The position numbers and the translations under genes are program-made. A stretch of 64,000 nt of DNA, taken from Tepidisphaera sp. Its GTDB lineage: Bacteria; Planctomycetota; Phycisphaerae; Phycisphaerales; UBA1924. Each line of letters begins with the position of its first letter. The first letter of the stretch is position 1. The notes under the pieces were generated by a model. The model searched no databases. It was not told the DNA's origin and worked only from the letters and a program-made list of their open reading frames with translations. Shown here in pieces: positions 9,922 through 20,366 of this stretch. The DNA lies in contig CP051526.1 of NCBI GenBank assembly GCA_050916045.1, positions 1,952,001-2,016,000 on the forward strand, written 5' to 3'.

Positions 9922-11022
9922 TTACCGGCCCGCTTTGAAGAACGTTCGGAGGGATTCGAGGATGTCTTCCTTCCCGTTGACCTTGGAGAGCAGGACCTTG
10001 GGGCCAAGCTCATCCGCCCGGCCGTCCTTGAACGCGTCCGCAAGCACGCCGTGGAACGACCCGCTCCCGTACGCCGAAGCGACCTGGCAGTAGCCGAACA
10101 TGTTCGATCGCGGGAGGAGGTCCTCGTCGATGATCTTGGTCGAGAGCCGGTTATCGGCATCGGAGGAGTTGTCACCGTCGGAGAAGTGGAACAGGTAGAT
10201 GTTCCACTCGCTGGGGTCGTACCGCTTTTCGAGAAGCTCCTTGCAGCACTGGTACGCGGAGGAGATCTTGGTGCCGCCGTCCTCTTTGACGGCGAAGAAG
10301 GTCTTCTTGTCGACCTCGCCGGCTTTCACGTCGTGGACGATGTAGCGGGACTCGATCCCTTCGTAGTTGCGGCGGATCCAGGTGTCGATCCAGAAGGCTT
10401 CGAGGCGGACGAGTTCCTTCTGCTCATCGCCCATGGAGCCCGAGACGTCCATCATGTAGATGATGCAAGCGTTGGACTGGGGCTTTTTGACCTCGTTCCA
10501 GGACCGGAAGCGGAGGTCGTTCTTGATGGGGATGATGACGGGGTTGTCGGGGTCGTAGGTGCCGGTTGAAATCTGCCGCTTGAGGGCTTCGCGATACGTG
10601 CGTTTGAAGTGTCGGAGGGCGGCGGGGCCGACAGGGCGGATGCCGGAGTACTTGTCGCGGAGGGTGGTGATTTTGTGCTGTCCGCGCGGCTGGATGCGAG
10701 GGAGCTTGAGTTCCTGGGCGAGGATGTCGGCCAGCTCTTCCATGCTGACGTCGACCTCGAGGATGTGCTTGCCTTCCTGCTCGCCGCCTTCGCCCTTGCC
10801 CGAACCGCCCTGGCCTTCGCCCTCGCCCATGCCGACGCCGGACTGGTTGTCGCCGTAGCGGAAGGTGGGGATGTCGATGTCGTGGACGGGGATGGAGACG
10901 GCTTTCTTGCCTTCGCGGCCGATGAGTTCACCGCGCGAGAGGAAGCGGCGGAGGTCCTTGCGGATCTTTCCGTGGACGATCTGCTTGAAGCGCTGATGGT
11001 CTTGTTCGATCTTGCTGACCAT
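9922..11022 (-). CDS. DUF444 family protein (YeaH/YhbH-like, vWA)
   Basis: DHQRFKQIV, LELP-like ELKLPRI, MMDVSGSMG, GGTKISSAY and IYLFHFSDGDN motifs. Confidence 0.9.
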   Translation of the reverse strand: MVSKIEQDHQRFKQIVHGKIRKDLRRFLSRGELIGREGKKAVSIPVHDIDIPTFRYGDNQSGVGMGEGEGQGGSGKGEGGEQEGKHILEVDVSMEELADILAQELKLPRIQPRGQHKITTLRDKYSGIRPVGPAALRHFKRTYREALKRQISTGTYDPDNPVIIPIKNDLRFRSWNEVKKPQSNACIIYMMDVSGSMGDEQKELVRLEAFWIDTWIRRNYEGIESRYIVHDVKAGEVDKKTFFAVKEDGGTKISSAYQCCKELLEKRYDPSEWNIYLFHFSDGDNSSDADNRLSTKIIDEDLLPRSNMFGYCQVASAYGSGSFHGVLADAFKDGRADELGPKVLLSKVNGKEDILESLRTFFKAGR

Positions 11023-11197
11023 GACGGGCTTACGCCTCCCGCGTTCCGCGAGCGTTCGCACGCGGCATTCCCATGACAGAGGATGCGCACGCCGACCGGT
11101 TCCGGATGCACCCTAGTCATCGGACGTTCCGGGGCCCCGCGTGTGCATTTGCGGCGGGACCCGGGGGCCTCGCCACGTCCGAACGGGGGTTATCGAA

Positions 11198-11233
11198 CAA
11201 AAACACGGCGGGGACCCGTCAAGGTCCCCGCCG
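11198..11233 (-). terminator. Rho-independent terminator of the 830-aa dockerin gene
   Basis: Stem cggcggggacc / ggtccccgccg, preceded on + by an A-tract (U-tract on the minus strand). Confidence 0.75.
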
Positions 11234-11260
11234 CAAGCTCGTGTTGTCTGTCAAGCTGGA

Positions 11261-13753
11261 TTAGCAGCCGATCTCGAACGCGGCGACGAAGTCGTCGTAG
11301 TCGAAGAAGTCCAGGAAGCCGTCGTTGTTGAAGTCGGTGAGCTGGTTGCCGGTCTCGAACCCGAAGACGAAGTCGTCGTAGTCGAAGAAGTCGATGAACC
11401 CGTCGAGGTTGAAGTCCACCGGGCAGGTGCCGAGGATGTTGTAGAGCTCGGCCAGGTCGTCCGCGTTGACCTTCAGGTCGCCGGTGAGGTCGGCGGAGAG
11501 GTCAAAGCCGGAAGCTTCGTCGAGGCTCGCCCAGTCGGCGTCGCTGTCGCCGACGGAAGTGTTGCCGACGAACTGGGCCCGGATGTAGAGCAGGTCGTTG
11601 AGGTCGATCGTGCCGTCGGCACCGACCGGCGAGAAGCCGGGGGTGACCAGACCCGAGGCCTTCGCGATGTCAGCGCGGGAATCGCCGGCGTTGTACGCGG
11701 TGCCCGTGACCTTCGTCGTGCCGAAGAAGTTGCCGCCGAACGCGTTGTCGACCGCGGTGAACCCGGCCTTGCGGTCGAGCTTGCCGGAGACGAGGTGCAG
11801 GCCGTCGGCGAAGTAGCGGACGTCCTTGCTGTCGAAGGAGCCGTCGGCGTTGAAGTCGCCGACGATCTCGATCACGAAGCGAAGGCCGGAGCCGGCGCCG
11901 TAGATGCCGTCGGGAGCGGTCCAGGACGGGCCGCCGTTGCGGTGCTTCCACGCGGCGATCATGCCGGTCACGTCCGCGGGGGTGCGCTGACCGTTGCCGT
12001 TGAAGTCACCGGCGATCGTGTTGCGGACGTTGAGGACGGAGTCCTCGGAGACGGAAGAGCCGGCCATGTCGATGTAGTTGGCGCCCTGGGTGCCGTCGGA
12101 GTAGGTGCCCGAGCTGATGTTGAGGCGGCGGGGGGTGCGGCCGGCGGTGGTGTTGTTGAAGCTCGTGAACTCGGCGTTCGCGAGCTGGTTGTTGGCGAGG
12201 GTGTAGGAGTTGAGGTCAGCGTTGAACGCGCCGTTCACGTCCATCTGGGTGGGAATGGTCTGATTGTGGACGCGGCTGAGAGCCGGGGTCAGGATGAACT
12301 GCGTCGCGAGGTACTGGCCGGGCATGAAGTCGTTGTCGGGGTTGCCGACGCCGGCGACGAACGCTTCGGTCGAGCGGGTGATGTTGTTGACGTAGGCCGC
12401 GGCGTGCGGGTTGCGCATCCGGGGGTTGACGTTGCCGGCCTGACCGCCGAGCTCGTTCTGGTTGCGGGGGTCGCCGAGGGTGATGAGCACCGCGGGGCCG
12501 CCGACGGCGTAGTCGCCGCTGAGGACGTTCGCGATGGTCGGGCGGACGAACGTCGTGCCCGAGTAGGACCCGACGTTGTGCTTGATCGCGAGCAGTTCGC
12601 AGGCGTCACGCAGGAGCCAGGAGCCGGGGTAGGACCCGGTCACGCCCGTCTCGCCGCCGGCGTAGCCGATGGCGAGGCGGGAGTTCTGGACGGTGCGGAG
12701 GACGTTGCTGCCGCCGTTCTTGTTGCCGGGGACCCAGCGGCCGCCAGCTTCGTCCTCGGAAGCGCTGTTGGAGGGAGCGTTGGTGAGGCCGCCGACGTTG
12801 TCGCCGCCGCCCCAGGCGGGGTCGAAGGCGAGGGTGTTGCAGAACGCGTTGCGGGTGCCCGAGCCGACGTCACGCGTCACCGCCATAAGGTTTTCGCCCG
12901 AGGGGAGGCGGCCGGTGACGTACAGGTGGCGGAGTTCGGTCATCTCCATCTCGGAGCGGCCCACGCCGTAGTTCACCACCGCGACGATCGGGGCGAAGGT
13001 GAGGGGCGTGTCGAAGAGCGTGTCGCCGTTGGCGGCGCCGGGGTTCGCGGGGTTGAACAGGTTGCGGCCGTTCAGGCCCGGAAGGTTGCTCGCAAGGCCG
13101 CCGAGCGAGCCGTCGAGGCGGAGCGACGGCTTGTTCTTGCGGCCGTAACCCAAAGCGGTCGGGCCGGCGGTGGGGCTGGTCGGCTCGCCCGTGCGCTGCG
13201 TCGCCCACGTGGAGGAGACGTCGCAGGGGGCGACGTCGATGCGGATGCCGCCGCCGGAGAACGTGTTGTTGTTCGTCCGGAGCGCCTGGAGCGTCAGAAT
13301 GTCGCTCGTCACCGGCGCGGCGCCGGGGTTGCCCGCGTTCGAGGGCGTCTCGAGCACGCTGGCCGCCAGGTAGCGGTCGCCGTTGTAGTAGGCGTTGGAA
13401 GCCGCGGAGAGCAGGATGTCACCCGGCAGAGTCGCGAAGCTGCTGCCCCAGGTCGTGAGCTCGTTGAAACCGTTGATCGAGCCCGTCGCACGGTACTGCA
13501 CGGCCCAGCGCTGGGTCGGGCCGAACGGATCGATCGTCGCCGGCGCGAGCTGATCGATGCCCGCGCTGCCGAGGCTGCCGGCGATCCCGTCGCCGTCCAC
13601 GTCAAGCCAGTCGTTCGTCGAGGCCGGCACGCGGCTGAAGTTCTCGAGCAGCGTCGCGCCCGAAACGTTGATCACGAACGGCTGCGCCGTCGCGACCCCG
13701 CCCACTCCGCCGACAAGACCCATCGCCGCAAGAGCCAAGATCTTCTTTTCCAT
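11261..13753 (-). CDS. Secreted PstS-like binding-domain protein with dockerin-like repeats and a GC-type dockerin C-terminus
   Basis: Signal peptide. SGAT, TGS, RDVGSGT and AIGY resemble PstS motifs. Several DxNxDG loops; ends DFFDYDDFVAAFEIGC. Confidence 0.75.
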   Translation of the reverse strand: MEKKILALAAMGLVGGVGGVATAQPFVINVSGATLLENFSRVPASTNDWLDVDGDGIAGSLGSAGIDQLAPATIDPFGPTQRWAVQYRATGSINGFNELTTWGSSFATLPGDILLSAASNAYYNGDRYLAASVLETPSNAGNPGAAPVTSDILTLQALRTNNNTFSGGGIRIDVAPCDVSSTWATQRTGEPTSPTAGPTALGYGRKNKPSLRLDGSLGGLASNLPGLNGRNLFNPANPGAANGDTLFDTPLTFAPIVAVVNYGVGRSEMEMTELRHLYVTGRLPSGENLMAVTRDVGSGTRNAFCNTLAFDPAWGGGDNVGGLTNAPSNSASEDEAGGRWVPGNKNGGSNVLRTVQNSRLAIGYAGGETGVTGSYPGSWLLRDACELLAIKHNVGSYSGTTFVRPTIANVLSGDYAVGGPAVLITLGDPRNQNELGGQAGNVNPRMRNPHAAAYVNNITRSTEAFVAGVGNPDNDFMPGQYLATQFILTPALSRVHNQTIPTQMDVNGAFNADLNSYTLANNQLANAEFTSFNNTTAGRTPRRLNISSGTYSDGTQGANYIDMAGSSVSEDSVLNVRNTIAGDFNGNGQRTPADVTGMIAAWKHRNGGPSWTAPDGIYGAGSGLRFVIEIVGDFNADGSFDSKDVRYFADGLHLVSGKLDRKAGFTAVDNAFGGNFFGTTKVTGTAYNAGDSRADIAKASGLVTPGFSPVGADGTIDLNDLLYIRAQFVGNTSVGDSDADWASLDEASGFDLSADLTGDLKVNADDLAELYNILGTCPVDFNLDGFIDFFDYDDFVFGFETGNQLTDFNNDGFLDFFDYDDFVAAFEIGC

Positions 13754-13916
13754 GGAACATCTCCTTCCGTCCGATCACTTCTCCCAGAACCGGCGCGACG
13801 CACGCCGCACCGGCCTCGCACGCGCAAGCGGCCACCGGCGGCATTCGCCGCGACCGGTGCCGATCACTCGTCGAAAGCCGTCCGTCGGGCGTCAGCCGCG
13901 ACGGACGGTGGATACG

Positions 13917-15020
13917 TCAGTCCACGTTGAACGTCAGATCAACGCCGGTGTCATTGCCTTCGAGGCTCCAGACCTTGTCGCCCCAGAGCTGCTTGCGGAT
14001 CGAGTCCGCCACCGTCATGCGCTCGACGTGAGCATCGACGAACGCGAAGACCGTCGTGCCACCGAAGGCCTTGTCGCCGCCGGGGTGCATGCGGCCGACG
14101 CAGTTGAGCTCCGAGCCCGAACGCCACATGTCGTTGTCGAGAAGGTCGTTCCGGCGGAGCTCACCGTCCGCGATCGAGGGGTAGCGGAAAGCGTTGCGGC
14201 GGGCGGCCGGGGGCGCGTTGTAGATGTCGGTGCCGGTGCCGATGTTGACGAAGGGCATGACCGGACGATGGCTCTTGATCGTGCTCGCGCCCGCCTCGCC
14301 GCTCTCCAGGATCTTGTAGTTGTTCTTGTCGGAGAACTCGGTCATCAGGATCGTCTTGCTGGGGTTGGTGATCCACGCGTCCTGCACCAGACGGTTCTTG
14401 CGACCGCCGCCGGAAGAGAACAGCTTGTTGCGGGTGAAGATCGCGCCGTTGCCGGTGAATGCCATGCGGGGAGCCTGGCGATCGGTCGGCAGGCCGCTGG
14501 GCGTGCTCGAGCCCTGGTCGTTAACCTGCCCTTCCTCCCAGTTCGCGGAATCACCGCCCGGGTTGGACCGCGGGGCGCCCTTGTTCTGGGCCGTCGGCGA
14601 GCCCCACGAGTCCGGACCGGACTGGCCGCCGGCGATCAGGAAGCTGGACCAGTGCACGTACCCGTTCTGCGGGTTGGGGTTCGTCAACTGCTGGTCCTGC
14701 ACCCGCCAGAGGGTGGTGGTCTCGTCCGCGCCGTAGACGTACGACGGCGGGTAGACGGTCTTGGTGTCGACGATGTACATCGCCAGAGCCTGGCTGGCCC
14801 CGCGGGCCGTGGCGGCCGCCTTGATCGCCCGGGCTTCCGCTCGGGCTTTACCCAGCGAGGGAAGCAGAATGCCGATCAGCAGCGCGATGATCGCGATGAC
14901 GACCAGAAGTTCGATCAGCGTGAAACCGCGGGACTTCGCGGAAGGGGTGCGTCCGTGCACATTCGATTGCATCTTGCGCCGCATGTCGGTTGCTCCGTGC
15001 GCGTCACGGGTGAGGTCCAC
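13917..15020 (-). CDS. Prepilin-type N-terminal cleavage/methylation protein (DUF1559-like)
   Basis: [29 protein letters not shown] and C-terminal H...FVDAHVE. Strong RBS AAGGAAGAGG before the GTG. Confidence 0.9.
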   Translation of the reverse strand: MDLTRDAHGATDMRRKMQSNVHGRTPSAKSRGFTLIELLVVIAIIALLIGILLPSLGKARAEARAIKAAATARGASQALAMYIVDTKTVYPPSYVYGADETTTLWRVQDQQLTNPNPQNGYVHWSSFLIAGGQSGPDSWGSPTAQNKGAPRSNPGGDSANWEEGQVNDQGSSTPSGLPTDRQAPRMAFTGNGAIFTRNKLFSSGGGRKNRLVQDAWITNPSKTILMTEFSDKNNYKILESGEAGASTIKSHRPVMPFVNIGTGTDIYNAPPAARRNAFRYPSIADGELRRNDLLDNDMWRSGSELNCVGRMHPGGDKAFGGTTVFAFVDAHVERMTVADSIRKQLWGDKVWSLEGNDTGVDLTFNVD

Positions 15021-15170
15021 GTTCCTCTTCCTTGACTGCGGCGAAGACTAACCCGCGTGTCGGATTTCTGTGTCAGGGTCGCGCTCGGGCGGCGCAAAGA
15101 CCGCGAAGCGCCGAACGAATCTTTGCGCACGCTTAGCAAGCTCTGAGGCGAATACCCCAGACGCCGCGCC

Positions 15171-16781
15171 TCATTCCCACTCGATCGTGGCAGGGGGCTT
15201 GCTACTGATGTCGTACACCACGCGGTTCACGCCCCGAACCTCGTTGATGATCCGGTTGCTCACCCGCCCCAGCAGGTCGTACGGCAGTCGCGACCAGTCG
15301 GCGCTCATGAAGTCCTGCGTCTCAACGGCTCGAACGGCGACCGTACTCTCGTACGTCCGGCCGTCACCCATCACGCCGACGCTCCGCACGGGCAGCAGCA
15401 CAGCGAAAACCTGGCTTGTCTTGCGGTAGAGGTCCGCCGCGACGATCTCTTCCAATAGGATCTCGTCGCAGTCGCGCAGGATGTCGCACTTCTCCTTCGT
15501 CACCTCGCCGAGCACCCGGACGGCGAGCCCCGGGCCCGGGAACGGATGCCGCCAGACCATCGCTTCGGGCAAACCCAGGATCAGGCCGAGCTTGCGCACC
15601 TCATCCTTAAACAGATCCCGAAGCGGCTCGACCAGTTCAAACCCCAGGTCCTTCGGCAGGCCGCCGACGTTGTGGTGCAGTTTGATATTCGCCGACTGGC
15701 CCGCGTGGCCGTGGCCGGATTCGATGACGTCGGGGTAGAGGGTGCCCTGGGCGAGGAACTTCGCGTCCTTGACGCCGTGGGCGGCTTCCTTAAAGACATC
15801 GATGAAGAGCTTGCCGATGCGGCGGCGCTTCTCCTGCGGCTCATCGATGCCCTTGAGGGCCCCGAGGAACTGCTCGCTGGCGTCGACGACCCGGAGGTCG
15901 ATCTTGAAATGGTCGCGGAAGGTGGCTTCGACCAGGCCGCGTTCGTTCTTGCGGAGGAGGCCCGTGTCGACGAAGACGCAGCGGAGCTTGTCGCCGATGG
16001 CTTTGTGAAGGAGAGCGGCGGCGACCGCCGAGTCAACGCCGCCGGAGAGGCCGCAGATGACGGTCGAGTTGCCGACGCGTTCACGGATCTTGGCGGCGGC
16101 TTCGCCGGCGAAATCGGACATCTTCCAGTCGCCGCGGCAACCGCAGATCTCATAGAGGAAGTTGCTCAGGATGTCGGTGCCGTGCGGGGTGTGCGTCACC
16201 TCGGGGTGGAACTGCACGCCGTAGAGCTTGTTCTGGCCGCGGATGAGCCGCACCGCCGCGAAGGGGCACGTCTCGGTGCTGGCGAGGACCTCGAAACCGA
16301 CCTCGCCCAGGCCCGAGACCTGGTCGCCGTGCGACATCCAGACGGTGGTCTTGTCGGGGACGGCTTTGAAGAGCTCGCCGCCCTTGGCAGCGCTCGGGAC
16401 GGCTCGAAGGTCAAGCTGGGCCCGGCCGAACTCCCGCTTGTGCCCGCCGGTGACCTTGCCGCCCAGGAGGTGGCTGGCGAGCTGCATGCCGTAGCAGATG
16501 CCCAGGACCGGGACGCCGAGGCCAAAGATGGCTTTGTCGCAGGTGGGGGCCCCGTCTTCGTACACGGACGAGGGGCCGCCGGAGAGGATGATCCCCTTGG
16601 GCTTCATCGCCATGAGAGCGGCGGGTGAGATCGACGGGTGCACCAGCACGGCGTAGACCCCGGCATCGCGAGCCCGCCGGGCGATGAGCTGAGCCGTCTG
16701 CCCGCCGAAATCGAGAATCGGCACGACCTCGTGCGTGGACAGGGTGCTGAAGCTGGTCGATCCTGCGGCGGACTGGCTCAT
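15171..16781 (-). CDS. guaA: GMP synthase (glutamine-hydrolysing)
   Basis: [41 protein letters not shown] and KPPATIEWE motifs. Confidence 0.98.
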   Translation of the reverse strand: MSQSAAGSTSFSTLSTHEVVPILDFGGQTAQLIARRARDAGVYAVLVHPSISPAALMAMKPKGIILSGGPSSVYEDGAPTCDKAIFGLGVPVLGICYGMQLASHLLGGKVTGGHKREFGRAQLDLRAVPSAAKGGELFKAVPDKTTVWMSHGDQVSGLGEVGFEVLASTETCPFAAVRLIRGQNKLYGVQFHPEVTHTPHGTDILSNFLYEICGCRGDWKMSDFAGEAAAKIRERVGNSTVICGLSGGVDSAVAAALLHKAIGDKLRCVFVDTGLLRKNERGLVEATFRDHFKIDLRVVDASEQFLGALKGIDEPQEKRRRIGKLFIDVFKEAAHGVKDAKFLAQGTLYPDVIESGHGHAGQSANIKLHHNVGGLPKDLGFELVEPLRDLFKDEVRKLGLILGLPEAMVWRHPFPGPGLAVRVLGEVTKEKCDILRDCDEILLEEIVAADLYRKTSQVFAVLLPVRSVGVMGDGRTYESTVAVRAVETQDFMSADWSRLPYDLLGRVSNRIINEVRGVNRVVYDISSKPPATIEWE

Positions 16782-16963
16782 CGTGACGGCTCCGGGTCAT
16801 CCCCCGCCCGCCGGGGCGGCTCGGGGGAAGGGGAAAGATAGCCGCGATCCGAAACGGGATCGAACACGGAGGCACCGAGGGACGCGGAGATGGTCAAGGG
16901 CACGCTTCTTTCCGCTCCCGGCCCATTTTCTCGGCGTTTCCCCGAGCCTCTACGTCCAAATCT

Positions 16964-17734
16964 TCAGAGCTTCCTCACCCACACGTTCCGATACCGCACG
17001 GGGTTTCCGTGGTCCTGCAGGTAGATCGGGCCCGAGCCGGTCGCGCCGCCGGGCTCTCCGGGGGTTTCGGTCGAATTCTTCGCCGCGCCCGTCGGGCTTG
17101 AGACGTCCGCGTGGTCCTGAACGAGCACGCCGTTGTGGAAGACGGTGATGGTCGCGTTCTTGACCTTCTTCCCCGAAGCGTCGAACCGCGCCGCTCGGAA
17201 GATGATGTCGTAGGTCTGCCACTCGCCCGGACCGCGGCAGGCATTGACAAGCGGGGGGTGCTGCTTGTAGATCGAAGCACACTGCCCGTCGGGGTACGTC
17301 TCGTTCTTGTACGAATCGAGCACTTGCACCTCGTAGCGGGCCTGAAAGTACACGCCTGAGTTGCCACGCCCCTGCCCCTCGCCCTCAACCTTCGCCGGCG
17401 TCGCGAACTCGATGTGAAGCTGGCAGTCGCCGAAGGATTCCTTGGTCAGGACCGATCCGCCCCCGCCCGTCGCGGCGACCATCGCGCCATCCTGGACCTC
17501 CCAAGGCATCGGCTTGCCGTCGCTCCGCGACCAGTTGGCGAGCGTCGCGGCGGTGCCGTCAAAGAGCACGACAGCGTCGGACGGCGGCTTCCCCGGCTGT
17601 GCGGGAGCGCCGCCCGGCGTCACGATCGGTGGTGCTTTGGGGGCCTCGGAAGACCCCGGCTGCATCGCAAAGCCCGCGAGCAGGGAAACCACCGCGATCG
17701 AGCACCCGGCCGCCAGCATGGAAGAGGTTCGCAT
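16964..17734 (-). CDS. DUF1080 (3-keto-disaccharide hydrolase-like) secreted protein
   Basis: PPSDAVVLFDG, FGDCQLHIEF, GNSGVY, YEVQVLDS and LQDHGNPVRYRNVW motifs; signal peptide. Confidence 0.9.
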   Translation of the reverse strand: MRTSSMLAAGCSIAVVSLLAGFAMQPGSSEAPKAPPIVTPGGAPAQPGKPPSDAVVLFDGTAATLANWSRSDGKPMPWEVQDGAMVAATGGGGSVLTKESFGDCQLHIEFATPAKVEGEGQGRGNSGVYFQARYEVQVLDSYKNETYPDGQCASIYKQHPPLVNACRGPGEWQTYDIIFRAARFDASGKKVKNATITVFHNGVLVQDHADVSSPTGAAKNSTETPGEPGGATGSGPIYLQDHGNPVRYRNVWVRKL

Positions 17735-17795
17735 GCGGGCAGGATACCAGAAAGTCAGCCCGGCGCGGCCCCCCGCGGCGAGGGTGCTCGGGCTT

Positions 17796-19643
17796 TCACT
17801 TCGCTTCCCGAAGGTCGATGAGCTCGCCCTCAACGTTGGAAGCTCCGTTCCAGGTCGAGATCTTCGGCTCGATGATCACATCCACCGCCGCACCGACCGG
17901 CAGCGAAGCAAGCCGCTCCGCCCAGCCCCACCCCAGCAGCCGCAGGCTTCGTGGGATCGCCGCTCCATGACGCGACTCGGAGAGTGCCTTGACGAACAGG
18001 CTCGCGTGCTCGCCCGTCTTGCCGATCACCTTCGGTCTGCCCTCGACGCGAAGCCCCGGGATCCGGAGGCGGACCGCAGGGTTCTCCCGACCGAACGGGG
18101 CGAGTTCACCGAGTTCCCGCACGGCTTGCGAAGAAAGCTCATCGAGCGACGCTTCGGCGTCGTACTCGATGCGACCGACGAGCTGTTCGGGCTGGAGCAG
18201 TCGGTTGGCGACCTCGGTGAACGCGTCCGCGAACGCTTCGAGGTTGGCGTGGCTGACGCGGACGCCCGCCGCCATGTCGTGCCCGCCAAACCCCAGCAGC
18301 AGGTGCTTGCACTCTTCGAGGGCCCCGTGGAGGTTGAAGCCGTCGATGGAGCGGCCCGAGCCGTGGCACTCGCCGGTCTCCGCGTCGCGGTGCATCAGGA
18401 TGGTCGGGCGGTGGAACATCCCAACCAACCGCGAGCAGGCGATCCCGACGACGCCCGCGTGCCAGGCTTCATCGGCGAGCACCACCGCTCTTCGCGCGTC
18501 GGTGGTCATGCCTCGGACCGCCGCTTGCTCCGCCGCGTGTTCGGCGATCCGCTTCTCCAGAAGCCGCCGCTCGTTGTTCAAGGAGGTGAGCTGCGCCGCG
18601 ATCTCCGCCGACCGGGCCGCATCCGCGACCGTGAGCAGTTCGACCGCTTCGCGAGCGTGGCCGAGTCGCCCGCACGCGTTCAGCCTGGGGCCGAGCTTGA
18701 ACCCCACGTCGTACTCGCCGACGTTCTCGCCCGACAAGCCCGACGCTTCGACCAGCGCCCGAAGCCCGACGTTGCTCGAGTGTTTGAGCTTGGAGAGGCC
18801 GAACCGCGCGATGATGCGATTCTCTCCGCGGAGCGGCACCACATCGGCGATCACGCCCAGGCTTGCAAATCCGAGCAGTTCAAGCAGCACTTCCCGCGTC
18901 GCAGGCGCAACCCGATCCGACCCGCAGGCGAGTGTCGCAAGCCGCCAGGCGAGCTTGTATGCCACCGCCGACCCGGACAGATCCCCGAAGGGGTACGTTG
19001 AATCCGGCCTGCGTGGGTGGACGACCGCGAACGCGTCGGGCAGGTCCGCCATGGATGCCGGCGGGTTGTGGTGGTCGGTGATGATGAGGTCGACGCCGCA
19101 CGATTTCGCGGTCCGCGCCGGCTCGATCGCGGTGACGCCGCAGTCGACGGACACGATCACCTTGGCGCCCTCGGCGGCCAGCGTCCGAATGGCTTCGGGG
19201 TTGAGGCCATACCCCTCGTCGATCCGGTGGGGGACGTACGTCGTCACGCGGCATGCGGGCTCGATGTGCCTCAGCATGTGGAAGAGGATCGCGCTGGCCG
19301 AGATCCCGTCCACGTCGTAGTCGCCGTAGATGACGATCGGCTCGCCGCTTCTTGCCGCCCGGACGAGGCGCTCGGCCGCCCGGTCCATGTCGGGCATCAT
19401 CGAAGGATCATGGAGCATTCTCAGCGAGGGGTTCATGAAAGCCCCCGCCGAAGCGCCGTCCAGCCCTCGGGCTTCGAGCACCCGCGCCACCAGCGGCGGC
19501 TTCTCCGACGAAACTCGCGACGACCCGCGAAGCACCCACCGGCCCATCATCCCGCGCTCGGCGGCCCGGCTTCCGGCAGGCGGATAGCCTACCGCCGCTC
19601 GCTCATCGCGAACCTCGCCGTGGATGGGCCTGGTCTCAAACAT
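17796..19643 (-). CDS. recJ: ssDNA-specific exonuclease RecJ
   Basis: GDYDVDG, VDCG, TDHH, GPRLNACGR, GSGRS, GGHDMAAG and LAPFG motifs. True start may be near 19550. Confidence 0.96.
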   Translation of the reverse strand: MFETRPIHGEVRDERAAVGYPPAGSRAAERGMMGRWVLRGSSRVSSEKPPLVARVLEARGLDGASAGAFMNPSLRMLHDPSMMPDMDRAAERLVRAARSGEPIVIYGDYDVDGISASAILFHMLRHIEPACRVTTYVPHRIDEGYGLNPEAIRTLAAEGAKVIVSVDCGVTAIEPARTAKSCGVDLIITDHHNPPASMADLPDAFAVVHPRRPDSTYPFGDLSGSAVAYKLAWRLATLACGSDRVAPATREVLLELLGFASLGVIADVVPLRGENRIIARFGLSKLKHSSNVGLRALVEASGLSGENVGEYDVGFKLGPRLNACGRLGHAREAVELLTVADAARSAEIAAQLTSLNNERRLLEKRIAEHAAEQAAVRGMTTDARRAVVLADEAWHAGVVGIACSRLVGMFHRPTILMHRDAETGECHGSGRSIDGFNLHGALEECKHLLLGFGGHDMAAGVRVSHANLEAFADAFTEVANRLLQPEQLVGRIEYDAEASLDELSSQAVRELGELAPFGRENPAVRLRIPGLRVEGRPKVIGKTGEHASLFVKALSESRHGAAIPRSLRLLGWGWAERLASLPVGAAVDVIIEPKISTWNGASNVEGELIDLREAK

Positions 19644-19672
19644 GCGGGCAGCGTAAGCACGGAGAATCGGGC

Positions 19673-20257
19673 ATGGTCAAACTCAACCGAATCTACACCA
19701 AGACCGGCGATGACGGAACCACCGGCTTGGTCGGCGGCATTCGCGTCCGGAAGGACTCCGCCCGCGTCGAAGCCTACGGCGAGGTCGATGAAGCCAACGC
19801 AGCCATCGGCGTCGCCATCGTCCACGCCCGCGCCGGCGGCCTCTCCGCCATCGCGGACCTCCTGGCTTCGATCCAGCACGACCTTTTCGACGCCGGCGCC
19901 GACCTGGCCACGCCGGTAGACCCCAAGGAAACGCACGCCCTTCGCATCATTCAGCCCCAGATCGACCGCCTCGAACTGGAGATTGACCGCTACAACGAGC
20001 CGCTCGCCACCCTGACGAGCTTCGTCCTCCCCGGGGGCACCCCCACGGCGGCGGCGCTGCACGTGGCCCGTACGGTTGTCCGCCGGGCCGAACGACGGGC
20101 GGTGACCCTGCTCGCTCACGAACCCGCCGCCACCCGTCCGGAGGTTGTCACCTACCTCAACCGGTTGAGCGACCTCCTGTTCGTGCTGGGCCGGGTGGCC
20201 AACAGCAACGGCCAGACAGACGTTTTGTGGATCCCCGGCAAGAGTCGCCCGAGTTGA
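19673..20257 (+). CDS. ATP:cob(I)alamin adenosyltransferase (PduO type)
   Basis: IYTKTGDDGTT, YGEVDEAN, FVLPGG, RTVVRRAER and YLNRLSDLLF motifs. Confidence 0.95.
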   Translation: MVKLNRIYTKTGDDGTTGLVGGIRVRKDSARVEAYGEVDEANAAIGVAIVHARAGGLSAIADLLASIQHDLFDAGADLATPVDPKETHALRIIQPQIDRLELEIDRYNEPLATLTSFVLPGGTPTAAALHVARTVVRRAERRAVTLLAHEPAATRPEVVTYLNRLSDLLFVLGRVANSNGQTDVLWIPGKSRPS

Positions 20258-20366
20258 GGTATACTCCCGTACGTCCGGCGAACCCGTTCGGGGCTCTCGA
20301 CGGACACTCCGTTCAGGATGAACGGTGTGCGGCGCAGCGAAGCGTGGTGGTGGGGGGGAGTTCGAT

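Noticed and set aside
11141..13930. 929-aa + strand ORF
   Set aside because: Antisense shadow of the 830-aa dockerin gene, caused by biased high-GC codon use; no motifs.
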